From positions 241,579 through 305,578 of the forward strand of contig PFAZ01000001.1 in assembly GCA_002773535.1 (NCBI GenBank): a DNA stretch of 64,000 nt. The letters are read 5' to 3'. Under the pieces are notes generated by a model that did no database searches, was not told where the DNA came from, and saw nothing but the letters and a program-made list of their open reading frames with translations. Position numbers and translations under genes: made by a program. The DNA is from Candidatus Harrisonbacteria bacterium CG10_big_fil_rev_8_21_14_0_10_40_38 (GTDB lineage: Bacteria > Patescibacteriota > Minisyncoccia > UBA6257 > 1-14-0-10-40-38). Shown here piece after piece: positions 49,889 through 60,123 of the stretch (positions are counted from its first letter, which is position 1; each line of letters starts with the position of its first letter).

Positions 49889-52105
49889 TTAAGACTCTGC
49901 CGGCTCCGTGGAAAGAGTCTCATTAAGCGCAAGTCTCGCAAGAAGATAGCACGCAGTAGACTCAGCGCCTTGGTTAAGGTTTATATCCCTCTCCGCTACC
50001 CCGTCATAACAACCACCGGTCGCCTCATCATAAATAACCTGCCTAAGATGGTTTTTCCCCAAAAACCAATGAAAAGCAGTAAGTGCATCATCAAGATATT
50101 TTTTCTTATGAGTTACTCCGTATGCCACAAGCTTCGTCTCAACCATAGAAGCCGTATCTTCCGGCTGTTGGTCATAATATGACCTTTTTTTATCCCGCGA
50201 ATACCAACCCGCAGCGCCAATTGGAGAATAATGATCTTTTTCAAAAGTAACATTAGACAAAAACTCCAACGATTTCTCAGCAATATCAAGATATTTCTTA
50301 TTTCCCGTCACATCAAACGCATAAAACAAAGACTCCGAAAGGCGACTATTTGAATAAGTCAGCTGATCTTCAAACCACTGCCATTCCAAAGAAGCGTTAG
50401 CATTAAAATATTTAACCTGTTTTTCAGCAAGAGTAGAAATAAGATCAGTTCCAATCTCTGGAAACCTCTGAAAATAGTGATACAGACCACTTATGGTAAA
50501 AGCAATTGCTCTCGGAGCAGTAAGTTTTGAAATTCTCCCAAATGAATCAAGGAAAAGCGCCTTTGCTCTATTTGAAATTTCTTCCGGTATATCCGTACGC
50601 GAAGCAGTATACCCAAGCGCCCACATAGCCCTTCCATAAACATCCTCGTCTTTTGTTCCATCATGCGAATGTTTCGAAGTAACAATATTTGCAAAAGAAC
50701 CGTCTTTTTGTTGAACAAATTTCAAAAAATCAAGATAAACCCCCATAAGTCTCACGAGCTCAACAGATGGAGATTTTCCATAATGCTTCGCTGAGGCAAT
50801 AAGAGCTCTAGTATTATCATCTGTGCTGTAACCAAATCTTTTCTCCGGTCTGCTGTATCTCGCGTGTTGGATTATTCCAAAATCATCCGTAAGTCTCGAA
50901 AGGTGATCAAATTTAATCTCAGGCAGCTTCCTCTCTTCCGCCTTAAGAGAAGCAAATTTATTAAAAATCCTAAAATATTCACCAGCAACGTTTGGCCAAA
51001 CCATTTTACGCGTTGCTTCATACGCCGCTTGACTCATGTTGTATCGCATCTTTTCATCCGTTAAAAGAAGTTGAAGTGCCTTTGTAAAAGCTTTTGCGCT
51101 TTTAACCGGAACAAGAACTCCGGTAAAATCACTTACAAGATGTTTTGCATATTCAGTCTTTGTGCTTATAACCGGCCTACCACACCCTAATGCATAAGAA
51201 AGAGTACCACTCACTGACTGCCTCGGATCAATACTCGGTGATACATACACATCAGTAGCTTTTAGATACGCCAATATTTCCTCAAGACCAAGATATCTAT
51301 TGTAAAACTTAACATTGTTTTTAAGATTCAAGCGGTTCACTTCAGATAACAAAAAATTTCTATATGCCTCACCATCATTCCTCTGGATTACAGGATGGGT
51401 CGCGCCCAAAACAAGATATAAAAGATTAGGAAACTGCTTTACAAGGGGCGGCAATGACCTAATAGCATATTCAATGCCTTTCCCAGGACTTAGAAGACCA
51501 AACGTAGATAAAACCAGTTTTCCACCAAGCCCAAGCTCTTCCTTCATTTTTTCAGGAGATTCAAAAGAGACCTGTGGTATCCCATGAGGAACGACAAAAA
51601 CTTTTGATTTCGGAACGCCATATTCCTTCTCTAAAGAGGTTTTTGAAAGATCATTCATAACCACAACCGCCTTAGATTTATCCGAAATAAACTGAACAAC
51701 TTTCTTCACATAATCATCAGGATGTGGCAAAACAGAATGAAACGTCGTCACGACAGGCTTCTTTATAACCTGTAAAAATGGCATCAGATAGTCGCCCCAG
51801 TCTCCACCAAAAAGACCAAACTCATGCTGAATAGAAACGACTTTCACTCCATCGTTTCTGTTTAATCTCTCCGCTAATGCCACGTACTGATCCAGGTTTG
51901 GAGCAGTAATTTGATCAATTGTTTTCGGCCCGTAATTATAAAAACTTGCGGTATGCTCATTTATTGCCGCGATTCTTGAACGCGTTACAGGATTAAACCT
52001 TTTATCAAATGCATTTGTAAGATCCTGAGTAAACGTCGCAATGCCGCATTCACGAGGTGGATAAGTGCTTAAATAAACAACAGTGTTTGATGAATTTTTA
52101 GCCAT
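49889..52105 (-). CDS. GT4 glycosyltransferase fused to a C-terminal (alpha/alpha)-barrel domain
   Basis: STYPPRECGIATFT, IQHEFG, GATHP, SGTLSYA; C-terminal GYSTDDNTRAL and NLNQGAEST. Confidence 0.88.
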   Translation of the reverse strand: MAKNSSNTVVYLSTYPPRECGIATFTQDLTNAFDKRFNPVTRSRIAAINEHTASFYNYGPKTIDQITAPNLDQYVALAERLNRNDGVKVVSIQHEFGLFGGDWGDYLMPFLQVIKKPVVTTFHSVLPHPDDYVKKVVQFISDKSKAVVVMNDLSKTSLEKEYGVPKSKVFVVPHGIPQVSFESPEKMKEELGLGGKLVLSTFGLLSPGKGIEYAIRSLPPLVKQFPNLLYLVLGATHPVIQRNDGEAYRNFLLSEVNRLNLKNNVKFYNRYLGLEEILAYLKATDVYVSPSIDPRQSVSGTLSYALGCGRPVISTKTEYAKHLVSDFTGVLVPVKSAKAFTKALQLLLTDEKMRYNMSQAAYEATRKMVWPNVAGEYFRIFNKFASLKAEERKLPEIKFDHLSRLTDDFGIIQHARYSRPEKRFGYSTDDNTRALIASAKHYGKSPSVELVRLMGVYLDFLKFVQQKDGSFANIVTSKHSHDGTKDEDVYGRAMWALGYTASRTDIPEEISNRAKALFLDSFGRISKLTAPRAIAFTISGLYHYFQRFPEIGTDLISTLAEKQVKYFNANASLEWQWFEDQLTYSNSRLSESLFYAFDVTGNKKYLDIAEKSLEFLSNVTFEKDHYSPIGAAGWYSRDKKRSYYDQQPEDTASMVETKLVAYGVTHKKKYLDDALTAFHWFLGKNHLRQVIYDEATGGCYDGVAERDINLNQGAESTACYLLARLALNETLSTEPAES

Positions 52106-53153
52106 GGTGCGAAAGTGAGGAATCAGTAAGAGCTGTAAGAAGCTCTGGTAGATTCACAGACGCGACAGCGATTCGCGTATCAGCTGCGCCATAATAAATA
52201 TACAAGGTATCACCAAAAATTGCAGTACCCGTTGGAAAAACAACATTCGAAACATCGCCGGAAATCTCCCACGACTCCTCTGGTGAAAAAAGTGGCTCGT
52301 GAAGTTTACCAACTACACGAAGCGGATCTTTTTTATGAAGCAACGCTGCTCCTGCGTGATACCTTCGTCCTTTATTAAGTTCCTCAACAGCATGATATAT
52401 AACAAGCCAACCTTTTGGCGTCTCTATTGGCGTACACCCTCCTCCTATATTTCTTGTTTCAAACCAATGCTTATTCTCCAAAACAACATATTTTGACAGC
52501 TGGGAAATATAATTTTCCCAAAAACTTTTTTTAAGATTCGAGAAACTCTTGAAAAAGACTATCTGCATATCAGGCAAAATCCTGTTTAACATTGCAAACT
52601 GCCCGTTTATTTTCTTTGGGAACAAAATACTGTCTTTGTGCCAAATTAGAACATCTTCACCAGCCGATTCTCTATAATATGAAGCGAAAAGCGAATATGC
52701 GTCTTTAAGTCTCCCCCCTCCAAATTCCGGATGCTGAAAAATCTTATCCGCATCAGCATACGCAATTTTTGGACTAATAACCCCTCTTTTCTCAAAATTT
52801 ACCAAATCCTTACTTTTTGCATACGCAGTAACCGCATTTTTCCCATCGTGAGCAACATAGGTCATATAATAAGTCCTACCTACCTTCGCTATTCGCGGAT
52901 CCTCAACTCCTTTCTTTTCGTAAGGAAACTCCCTCTCAATAATCGGCTTATTCCACCTCTCAACAACATTCATCGGCCCGCGAAGCTTCGCATAACCGAT
53001 ACTAGATTTAAAATGCCCATCAATAGCCCTATAAAAAAGATGAATATTTTCACCTTCCTGATAACACGCAGGATTTAAAACAGCTTCCTTCTCAAAAGAT
53101 TTCTTAGTCGGTTCGAGAACAACACCGAGCTTCTGAACCATTGGGCGTTTCAT
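52098..53153 (-). CDS. GH130-like glycosidase/mannoside phosphorylase
   Basis: VLNPA, LFYRA, GVEDPRI, GWLVIYH, NVVFPTG, YYGAAD. Confidence 0.88.
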   Translation of the reverse strand: MKRPMVQKLGVVLEPTKKSFEKEAVLNPACYQEGENIHLFYRAIDGHFKSSIGYAKLRGPMNVVERWNKPIIEREFPYEKKGVEDPRIAKVGRTYYMTYVAHDGKNAVTAYAKSKDLVNFEKRGVISPKIAYADADKIFQHPEFGGGRLKDAYSLFASYYRESAGEDVLIWHKDSILFPKKINGQFAMLNRILPDMQIVFFKSFSNLKKSFWENYISQLSKYVVLENKHWFETRNIGGGCTPIETPKGWLVIYHAVEELNKGRRYHAGAALLHKKDPLRVVGKLHEPLFSPEESWEISGDVSNVVFPTGTAIFGDTLYIYYGAADTRIAVASVNLPELLTALTDSSLSHHG

Positions 53154-53299
53154 AATACGGACATTATATCACAAAAAAATTTTCACCCGAAAAAAATATT
53201 GAATAATATAGAAAACATTGACTAAGAAAAGAAAATGATGTAAAAAATACATACAGGTAGCAGTGGCGAACACGTCACAATGGCAACAATTCATAGGTT

Positions 53300-53872
53300 A
53301 TGAATACTGAAGACAACCAAAAAACAGACGAAAAAAACTTCGCAGAGCTTATGGAAAAGGCGCAGAACGGAGATACAGCCGCTTTTGGTGAAATTTATGA
53401 CGCATACTTCACAAAAGTATTCCGCTATATCTATACCCGTACAAAAAACAAAGCCGAAGCAGAAGACCTTACTCACAACGTATTTCTTAAGGTATTTGAA
53501 TCAGCTTCAAGGTTTAAAAATATCGGCGTCTCTCCGCTCGCCTATTTTTTTACCGTTGCCAGAAATACAGTAATCAACGCTTGGCGCAAGAAAAAAGAAT
53601 ATCTTTTTGCAGAACCGGAAATCGCTTTTGAAAATGTAGTCTCCATAGAAAACCTGACAGTAGAAGCAGAAAGAAAAGAAACCGTCGAAGAAATAAAACT
53701 TGCCCTGGAAAATCTCACAGACGATCAGCAGGAAATAATCACACTAAAATTTTTGAGTGAGCTTTCAAACAAAGAGATTTCAGACATAACAGGAAAAAGC
53801 GAAGAAGCTATAAGACAACTTCAATTTCGAGGTCTTAAAGCCCTAAAAACACAATTCAAGAATCATGAATAA
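53300..53872 (+). CDS. ECF sigma factor
   Basis: Region 2 AEDLTHNVFLK, region 4 LSNKEIS...SEEAIRQLQFRGL. Confidence 0.92.
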   Translation: MNTEDNQKTDEKNFAELMEKAQNGDTAAFGEIYDAYFTKVFRYIYTRTKNKAEAEDLTHNVFLKVFESASRFKNIGVSPLAYFFTVARNTVINAWRKKKEYLFAEPEIAFENVVSIENLTVEAERKETVEEIKLALENLTDDQQEIITLKFLSELSNKEISDITGKSEEAIRQLQFRGLKALKTQFKNHE

Positions 53873-54374
53873 TCAGCAAAGAAAAATTGAAGATATTTTA
53901 AACGAAGTCATAAACCTCAAAAAACAAGGTTTAGATAACGACGCAATAATAAACAAAATCGGAAATGAAAACAATGAAATCATTTCTCTTTTAAAGTTGG
54001 TAGAAGAACTCAGCATTCTAAAAAATAGCATCAGCGCCCCAAAAACATCTCTCGAAAAAATAATAAAAGATTCAAAAAAACAGAAAACAGAAACTCCATT
54101 TTTTAAAAATTGGAAACTCGCCCTACCCATGGCCATGGCTGTAATGCTCATATTTATAGTCACCTCAAACAACAATAGCAACGACGAAACAAACATCGCT
54201 CCTGCTATAAACACAAAAGAAAGCGCAAAACTATTAATAAACGATGATGATATAACAATTACTAATATAAAAAATAACCCAAGCTCTGCCTCGTTTAGGG
54301 CAGAAAACACAGCCAATGATTCAGCGACTACCAATGAAGAAGAATCACCAAGCCCAACCCCAATAGCCAAATAA
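53865..54374 (+). CDS. Putative single-TM anti-sigma factor
   Basis: Overlaps the ECF stop; cytoplasmic N-terminus, TM, low-complexity tail. Confidence 0.65.
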   Translation: MNNQQRKIEDILNEVINLKKQGLDNDAIINKIGNENNEIISLLKLVEELSILKNSISAPKTSLEKIIKDSKKQKTETPFFKNWKLALPMAMAVMLIFIVTSNNNSNDETNIAPAINTKESAKLLINDDDITITNIKNNPSSASFRAENTANDSATTNEEESPSPTPIAK

Positions 54375-54405
54375 AAATACCCCCCGCTTAGCGGGGGGTA
54401 TTTTT
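54373..54405. terminator. Bidirectional terminator
   Basis: aaaaataccccccgc-tta-gcggggggtattttt. Confidence 0.85.
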
Positions 54406-54447
54406 TGAAGAAAAGAATTTACACTTATCTACATTTATAGAAGAAAG

Positions 54448-54885
54448 CTAAAGCCTCATACCCCCAAAATGCATTCCCATTCCTCTTCTATGAGCTCCGC
54501 CTTCGGGAAGATCCTCAATAAATGAATATCTTGTATCCGCCTGAGCCTGCGTTATAACCCCCTGACTAACCAAGGTCTGCAATTGTTCTTTGACCTGATT
54601 TAATCTTTGAGTTTTCATACGAGACGCAAGATCTTCATCGCTAATGCCTTTTTCTTTTGCAAGATCACGAACCGTTTTGCCATCTGCCCATGCTTGCTTT
54701 ACTTCAGTAACTGAAACACCTAAAAGGCTCGCTTGCATATCAAACATTTCAGTATGTTTTGCCGCAATTTCCTGTGGAGTGATGTTCGAGAATAAAAACC
54801 CATGAGCGGATGCTGAAACCGCTACACCTAAAACGCCAAACCCTATTACAGGAACCGCGGCATAAGCCAACATCTTTTTTCGCAT
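54448..54885 (-). CDS. Secreted helical protein
   Basis: Signal peptide ending ASA; LAKEKGIS and LVSQGVITQAQAD segments; G/M/H-rich tail. Confidence 0.8.
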   Translation of the reverse strand: MRKKMLAYAAVPVIGFGVLGVAVSASAHGFLFSNITPQEIAAKHTEMFDMQASLLGVSVTEVKQAWADGKTVRDLAKEKGISDEDLASRMKTQRLNQVKEQLQTLVSQGVITQAQADTRYSFIEDLPEGGAHRRGMGMHFGGMRL

Positions 54886-54993
54886 AAATAATAAATTTAA
54901 TGATTAATGATAATAACAGCGCGCCTCTCTCTAGGTTCTAAAACAACGGTGAGAGAAACCGAAATTCAGAACCAATTGCGAGCTATAAACTAC

Positions 54994-55019
54994 TACGCAA
55001 AAACAAAATTATTATTTCA
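54994..55019 (-). promoter_or_regulatory. ECF (SigW-type) promoter
   Basis: TGAAAT-N16-CGTA. Confidence 0.65.
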
Positions 55020-55024
55020 AAATT

Positions 55025-55804
55025 TTAATAATCAAACGGCATTATATGTCTTGCAGAAGGAGGGGGTGGACTTTCTCTTGAAAAATCTATCCTTCTCACC
55101 CCGTACGCTCTTATAGCGTGATCAAGCCTGGGACCTAAAATAATTATCGGATCGCCTTCGGCAAAATCAAAACCTAATGGAAAAGTTGTTGTTGCAGTAA
55201 TGAAGACGTCTAAAACTTCCCCCTTTTGATTACCCACAATAAAGCCGTGATTCGTAATTTCCGTAATAATTCCAAAATGCACGCCACGCGTCATCCTTTT
55301 TGTGTATCCATGATAAAAACCTTCAATAACCGGTGGATGTTTTGCCTCCGAAAAATCAAAAATTCTTTCATGTAAACCAGACTGCCAGAGACCAAAACCT
55401 CCAAGGAGCGCAAAAAGCACCACGCCAGCAAGCGAATAAAACAATGGTCTCTTATAAGCAAAGGGGTACCTCCTCACAAGAAATTCCAAAAGAACAGCAA
55501 AAACAGCGCCGGTAATTATCAAAATCCAAGGCATCGACCCAATAAACGGACCAAAACCCATAAACCCAAATGACGGAGCAAAAATAGCTCCAGTATATCT
55601 AAGCGTAAAGAAAATAAAGCTAACTATATAAAGCAAAACCAAAACAACCGCAGCCATACCAAAAACCCAAAAAACAGTAGACATCAAAAATCGCTTTTTT
55701 GAACGCATGGAAACATCGCCGCTCTCAATGCGCTCGAGTATCCTATCTTTCATCGAATCATCTATTCTTTTTTCGTCTTTATTGTTTTCCATTTTGTTTT
55801 TCAT
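55025..55804 (-). CDS. Three-TM protein, putative anti-sigma factor
   Basis: Overlaps the ECF stop; three TM helices plus C-terminal beta domain. Confidence 0.7.
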   Translation of the reverse strand: MKNKMENNKDEKRIDDSMKDRILERIESGDVSMRSKKRFLMSTVFWVFGMAAVVLVLLYIVSFIFFTLRYTGAIFAPSFGFMGFGPFIGSMPWILIITGAVFAVLLEFLVRRYPFAYKRPLFYSLAGVVLFALLGGFGLWQSGLHERIFDFSEAKHPPVIEGFYHGYTKRMTRGVHFGIITEITNHGFIVGNQKGEVLDVFITATTTFPLGFDFAEGDPIIILGPRLDHAIRAYGVRRIDFSRESPPPPSARHIMPFDY

Positions 55805-56336
55805 ATTCCTTCCTAAGATGATCTTTTCCTCTTTTTAATCTAACTCCAACAGTAGACACGGGCACCCTCAAAATATCCGCTATCTCCTGATAGCTCAACT
55901 CTTCAAAATAAAAAAGGGTGAGCAACTCTCTATATTTTGGAGAAAGCTTTGCGAGGCAAGAATCTAACGCCTCTTTGAGTTCTTTGTCTTTCAATAAACC
56001 ATCAGAAGTCTCCTCCGCCACAGGGTGAGGGAAAATTGTATCAGCGTCAAAAGAAAAAAACGGCTGACGGCTATTTTTTCTTATAAGACTTATAAACTCA
56101 TTATGAGCTATCCTGTATAACCACGAAGAAAACTTTCGCTTCGTGTCAAAGCTTTGGATATTGATATACGCCTTCAAAAAAACCTCCTGTACCACATCCT
56201 GCATATCACCTGTATGTGAAAGAAATTTTCTCGCATATCTAAGCATCTTAGATTCGTATCTTTGCACCAAAACACCAAACGACTCGCGGTCGCCATTTTG
56301 TACGCGAAACGCGATTGCTTCATCGGTATCGGTCAT
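55779..56336 (-). CDS. ECF sigma factor (SigW/RpoE-like)
   Basis: DVVQEVFLKAY, FSSWLYRIAHN, LSYQEIA...TVGVRLKRG. Confidence 0.93.
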   Translation of the reverse strand: MTDTDEAIAFRVQNGDRESFGVLVQRYESKMLRYARKFLSHTGDMQDVVQEVFLKAYINIQSFDTKRKFSSWLYRIAHNEFISLIRKNSRQPFFSFDADTIFPHPVAEETSDGLLKDKELKEALDSCLAKLSPKYRELLTLFYFEELSYQEIADILRVPVSTVGVRLKRGKDHLRKEYEKQNGKQ

Positions 56337-56355
56337 ATTAAGACTCTTAAATTAG

Positions 56356-56381
56356 TACGAAAAAAAGCCAGATTTATTTCG
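56356..56381 (-). promoter_or_regulatory. ECF (SigW-type) autoregulatory promoter
   Basis: CGAAAT-N16-CGTA, 19 nt before the ECF ATG. Confidence 0.65.
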
Positions 56382-57579
56382 CCTTTGAAACACGCGCAAA
56401 CCTCCTCACCCCCCTCTGTAAAATAAACCCTCGCAAGGTGATTTTTACAGAACTTATTTCTGTGACCGCTTCCCCGTCAATTTTTATTGCCTTCTGCTCG
56501 ATAAGCCTCCTTGCCTCGCTTTTACTTGCTGCAAGTTTTGCAAAAACCAAAAGATCTACGATATTCATTTCAGCCTTTGAAACAAAAACATCCTCAACAT
56601 CACTTGGAGTTTTCTTTGACTGAATAACCTGTTCAAAATTTTTCTGTCCGCTTTTCGCCCCATCTTCACCATGAAAAATTTTTGTAATCTCAAACGCCAG
56701 TTTCAGTTTTATATCTCTCGGGTTAGTTCCTGATTTCAACTCCTTTTCATATTTTTCAACCACTCCGAGATTGATTCTCGTAAGCAGATTAAAATATTGA
56801 ATGATTAAATCATCTTTTAATGACATCACCTTTCCAAACATATCATCCGAAGAATCCGTCAGATTTATTGTATTCCCATAACTCGAACTCATTTTTCTGC
56901 CATCCAAACCTTCTATGAGAGGGTTTGTTATTATGTCCTGCGGTTCCTGACTATAAAGTCTTTGTAAATCTCTTCCGGCAAGAAGATTAAACCTTTGATC
57001 AGTCCCACCAATTTCAACATCAGCTTTTACTCGCACAGAATCATACCCTTGCATAAGTGGGTACAACACCTCGCGCAGAGACACCCTCTTCCCGGATTTC
57101 AATCTCTTCGCAATATTTTCTCTCGAAATAAATTCATTGATAGAAAAAATATCAGCCTGCCGCCCGATGTCCATATAACGAAGATCCGAAAGCCATTCCC
57201 GATTGTAGTAAATCTCCGCCGACTTTATATCAATTATTTTGCCAGCCTGCTCGATATAAGTTTTGGCATTCAAAGCAACTTGATCCTCGGTAAGCATCGG
57301 TCTCTCGCTCTCTTTATCAGACGTGTCGCCAATAAGACCCGTGAAATCCCCGATTATCAAAATCACCTTATGTCCCATCTCCTGAAAATCTCTAAGCTTT
57401 AAAAGCGGTATAACTCTCCCCAAATGAATATTTGGGCTGGTAGGATCAATGCCAAGTTTTACCCTCAACGGCTTCCCTATTTTCAATCTCTTTTTAAGAT
57501 GCGCTTCGTCAACTATTTCATGGACTCCCCTAGTCAATAAAGTTTTTGTGTCTGAACTGCTCGTTTTTTTACTCTTCAT
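56374..57579 (-). CDS. tyrS: Tyrosine--tRNA ligase
   Basis: GIDPT..IHLG, YPLMQGYD, GGTDQ, KMSSS, S4 domain. Confidence 0.97.
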   Translation of the reverse strand: MKSKKTSSSDTKTLLTRGVHEIVDEAHLKKRLKIGKPLRVKLGIDPTSPNIHLGRVIPLLKLRDFQEMGHKVILIIGDFTGLIGDTSDKESERPMLTEDQVALNAKTYIEQAGKIIDIKSAEIYYNREWLSDLRYMDIGRQADIFSINEFISRENIAKRLKSGKRVSLREVLYPLMQGYDSVRVKADVEIGGTDQRFNLLAGRDLQRLYSQEPQDIITNPLIEGLDGRKMSSSYGNTINLTDSSDDMFGKVMSLKDDLIIQYFNLLTRINLGVVEKYEKELKSGTNPRDIKLKLAFEITKIFHGEDGAKSGQKNFEQVIQSKKTPSDVEDVFVSKAEMNIVDLLVFAKLAASKSEARRLIEQKAIKIDGEAVTEISSVKITLRGFILQRGVRRFARVSKAK

Positions 57580-57681
57580 AAAAATTAAACAAATATAGCT
57601 ATAGTCTACCTTTTTTACAAAAAAAAGACACCCAATCTCCTAAAAGAAAGAGTGTCTGCAATCCTTGCAACGTGAAGCACG

Positions 57682-58326
57682 TTACGAATCTGATTGAATT
57701 AAGTTTGGATGAAACATGATCGGCTTTACCTCCTCTCCGAGACCAAGCGCCTTTTCGATACTTGACGATATCATGGGGTACAGCTTAAGAGTACCCATTT
57801 TCCTTCTTGGGCATTCCGCAACGAGAGTTCCTCCCCCGCTTTGTCTTGTCCTGTTGGGTTTTTTTTCTGCCACTGCCTCCACTAAACACTCAACATTTTC
57901 AATCGTAGTAAGATCTAGTGGTATCTCAATCTCTACGACATAAAGATCATTCCAATCCTTGTCTACTTCTGATTTTTTCACCTCCTCGTTTTTCTGTCCA
58001 GATTTAACGAATTGTCTTAATGAGACAATCAAGTCAAATTTTTGAACAAGTATTCGAGCAACGTTTTTAGGAGGATCAACAGCAAGATTCGTAACACGAA
58101 CCTTACAAGCACTACCATTTGGCAAGACAGCTCTTATACAGTCCCCAAATCCAGGAACATTCTCAGCTAGAAAACTCCTCTTGATTTGTTTAATCTCACC
58201 AAAAAGAGCACCCACCTGAGAAAATCGAACCCTTTTATATATTCTAGTCTCCGAAGTCGTACCCATCCTATCACCCCCATACAGTCCTCCAACCACAAGG
58301 CCTGTGAAACATGTGAATGAACACAA
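57682..58326 (-). CDS. Orphan hypothetical protein
   Basis: Long ORF with promoter and terminator; start may be 58266 (MGTTS). Confidence 0.6.
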   Translation of the reverse strand: MCSFTCFTGLVVGGLYGGDRMGTTSETRIYKRVRFSQVGALFGEIKQIKRSFLAENVPGFGDCIRAVLPNGSACKVRVTNLAVDPPKNVARILVQKFDLIVSLRQFVKSGQKNEEVKKSEVDKDWNDLYVVEIEIPLDLTTIENVECLVEAVAEKKPNRTRQSGGGTLVAECPRRKMGTLKLYPMISSSIEKALGLGEEVKPIMFHPNLIQSDS

Positions 58327-58448
58327 AAAGTCGCTTTAAAAACTAAAGCAACAGAGACTACTAATAGCATACAACAAAAATAACGTCAATAAAAATACGC
58401 CGCAGACCAAAGGCAAAAAGCCTAAAATCTGCGGCGAGAAAAAAAGTG

Positions 58449-58880
58449 CTATCGATCCCCAGAAACGGGCGGCGCAAGATATCCTATCGTAACCTCCTTA
58501 CCATTCACATCCCGATTTATAGAAAACTCATGCAACCTCACATCACTCGAAAGAAATATTTCCCCCCCCGCCTTAAGGTTTGTGCTTCCACAAAATTCTA
58601 TTCCGCCACTTGGAAGTTGGGCAAATTCGCGAAGACGAACCGGAAAGCCATTTTTGTTTCTAACCTTCCAGCAATCCTTGTCTTCCAGCTTGCCAATTTC
58701 AACCCCACTATCAGACCTCATCACGACAAAATCTGAAGACACCGCGCCTCGATCACTATCCACTCCTACTGGATCGGTTTTCGAGCAAGAAAAATATTCC
58801 AAAATAAGAAGCACAGAGATCAAGAGAAGAAACAAGGCAGAGCTTCCTGTGTGCCCACCGTTACTTTTATCATCCACCAA
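58449..58880 (-). CDS. Orphan, possible lipoprotein
   Basis: aaggag SD, hydrophobic helix followed by FSC. Confidence 0.6.
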   Translation of the reverse strand: MVDDKSNGGHTGSSALFLLLISVLLILEYFSCSKTDPVGVDSDRGAVSSDFVVMRSDSGVEIGKLEDKDCWKVRNKNGFPVRLREFAQLPSGGIEFCGSTNLKAGGEIFLSSDVRLHEFSINRDVNGKEVTIGYLAPPVSGDR

Positions 58881-58956
58881 TTTTCCACTCCTTTTAGAAG
58901 ATCTGATATTTCAAAACGCAAAAATATATTAACAGTCAAAACAAAAATAGTCAATA

Positions 58957-59301
58957 CTACAAATTCATATCCTTAAATCTCTTCTCCTGAAAAACCGGCT
59001 TTAATTTCCAAAACAAATCCAAGTCTTTTTTTGAAACAAAATCCATTTCCCCCTTTGTGCATGCGCTCCCAATTTCATAAATAATCGCCTGAATTCGCGA
59101 AAGCACATCAAGCACTCCAAATCTGTCTTTTCCTCTGACAAAAAACATAAACTTATCGGAAAGAGAACTGAATGCCCTATATAATGACTCAACATATGCA
59201 GGGTTCTTAGACGACTCAAAACGACTAAGCTGTTTTTCAATTCTCAGAATAACCACTACAAGAGCACGCACTTTTCGTTTAAAAATAAATTTTTCAAACA
59301 T
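58957..59301 (-). CDS. Hypothetical protein
   Basis: 114-aa ORF. Confidence 0.5.
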   Translation of the reverse strand: MFEKFIFKRKVRALVVVILRIEKQLSRFESSKNPAYVESLYRAFSSLSDKFMFFVRGKDRFGVLDVLSRIQAIIYEIGSACTKGEMDFVSKKDLDLFWKLKPVFQEKRFKDMNL

Positions 59302-59391
59302 AAGTAAATTTTAACTCAAATAAAAAAAGAGCGTCCACTCGCAAGAGAAAGACGCTCTCAACTTCAACACTCCCACGAGAAAAGCTCCTAT

Positions 59392-59721
59392 TCATACAGC
59401 TTCAGAATCATTACCGTCAGGCAATTTCAAACAATGTTCCTCACAAAAAGAACGAACCAGATCCCTAAGCTTATCCTCGCTTGTCGGATATATTTGCACA
59501 GCTACCGTCACATACTCATGAGAACCCGAAGAGTTGGAATTATCCGAAACAGTTTGATGAGGGTGATCACACACCCCACCAATGGTCTCTCGAGCAAAAC
59601 TCTCCCCTGCAATCATAGTAAACTCTATCCCGAGACTACGAGGAAAACAATATTGAAAACTAACCAATTTACTCCCTTCAACCTGCTGCCGCGTGTGACT
59701 AACTACGAAGATCGAATACAT
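59392..59721 (-). CDS. Orphan hypothetical protein
   Basis: aaggag SD, terminator downstream. Confidence 0.6.
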   Translation of the reverse strand: MYSIFVVSHTRQQVEGSKLVSFQYCFPRSLGIEFTMIAGESFARETIGGVCDHPHQTVSDNSNSSGSHEYVTVAVQIYPTSEDKLRDLVRSFCEEHCLKLPDGNDSEAV

Positions 59722-59809
59722 GACCCACTCCTTTCAAAACAAGAACCTATCTACAGAATACTCCAAAATCCAAAAAAGGAAAATCAAAAAGAACTATACG
59801 CGGTGTATT

Positions 59810-59915
59810 CTTGAAATAGCTCGAACGGAATTCTGCCCTCGCCGCGCTGTGCGCGGCTCGGAATGGGCGGGCGGGCAAAATGAATTGCGAAGCCGAAAGC
59901 ATTAACAATTTCAAG
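59810..59915 (+). repeat. GC-rich structured intergenic element (copy E, distant)
   Basis: cttgaaat/atttcaag closing stem; gaacgga start and ctcgga shared with copy A; ccgcgc/gcgcgg hairpin. Confidence 0.5.
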
Positions 59916-60123
59916 TTTTTAATTGAGTTAAGTATAACTCAATTCAGTTAATTTTTCAATTTAAAGTCATTGAAAAATTAACTGGCTTTGGCGGCAAATT
60001 CTCGCTTCAAAAAAAGAGCCACGAGCAGAAGTTAATTCTGCAAGTGGCTCCTACATGTGGGCATTGTCTCGACTAATCGATCGCGATGCCAAGACCAAGA
60101 CCGATAACGAAGGGTAGAAGCCC

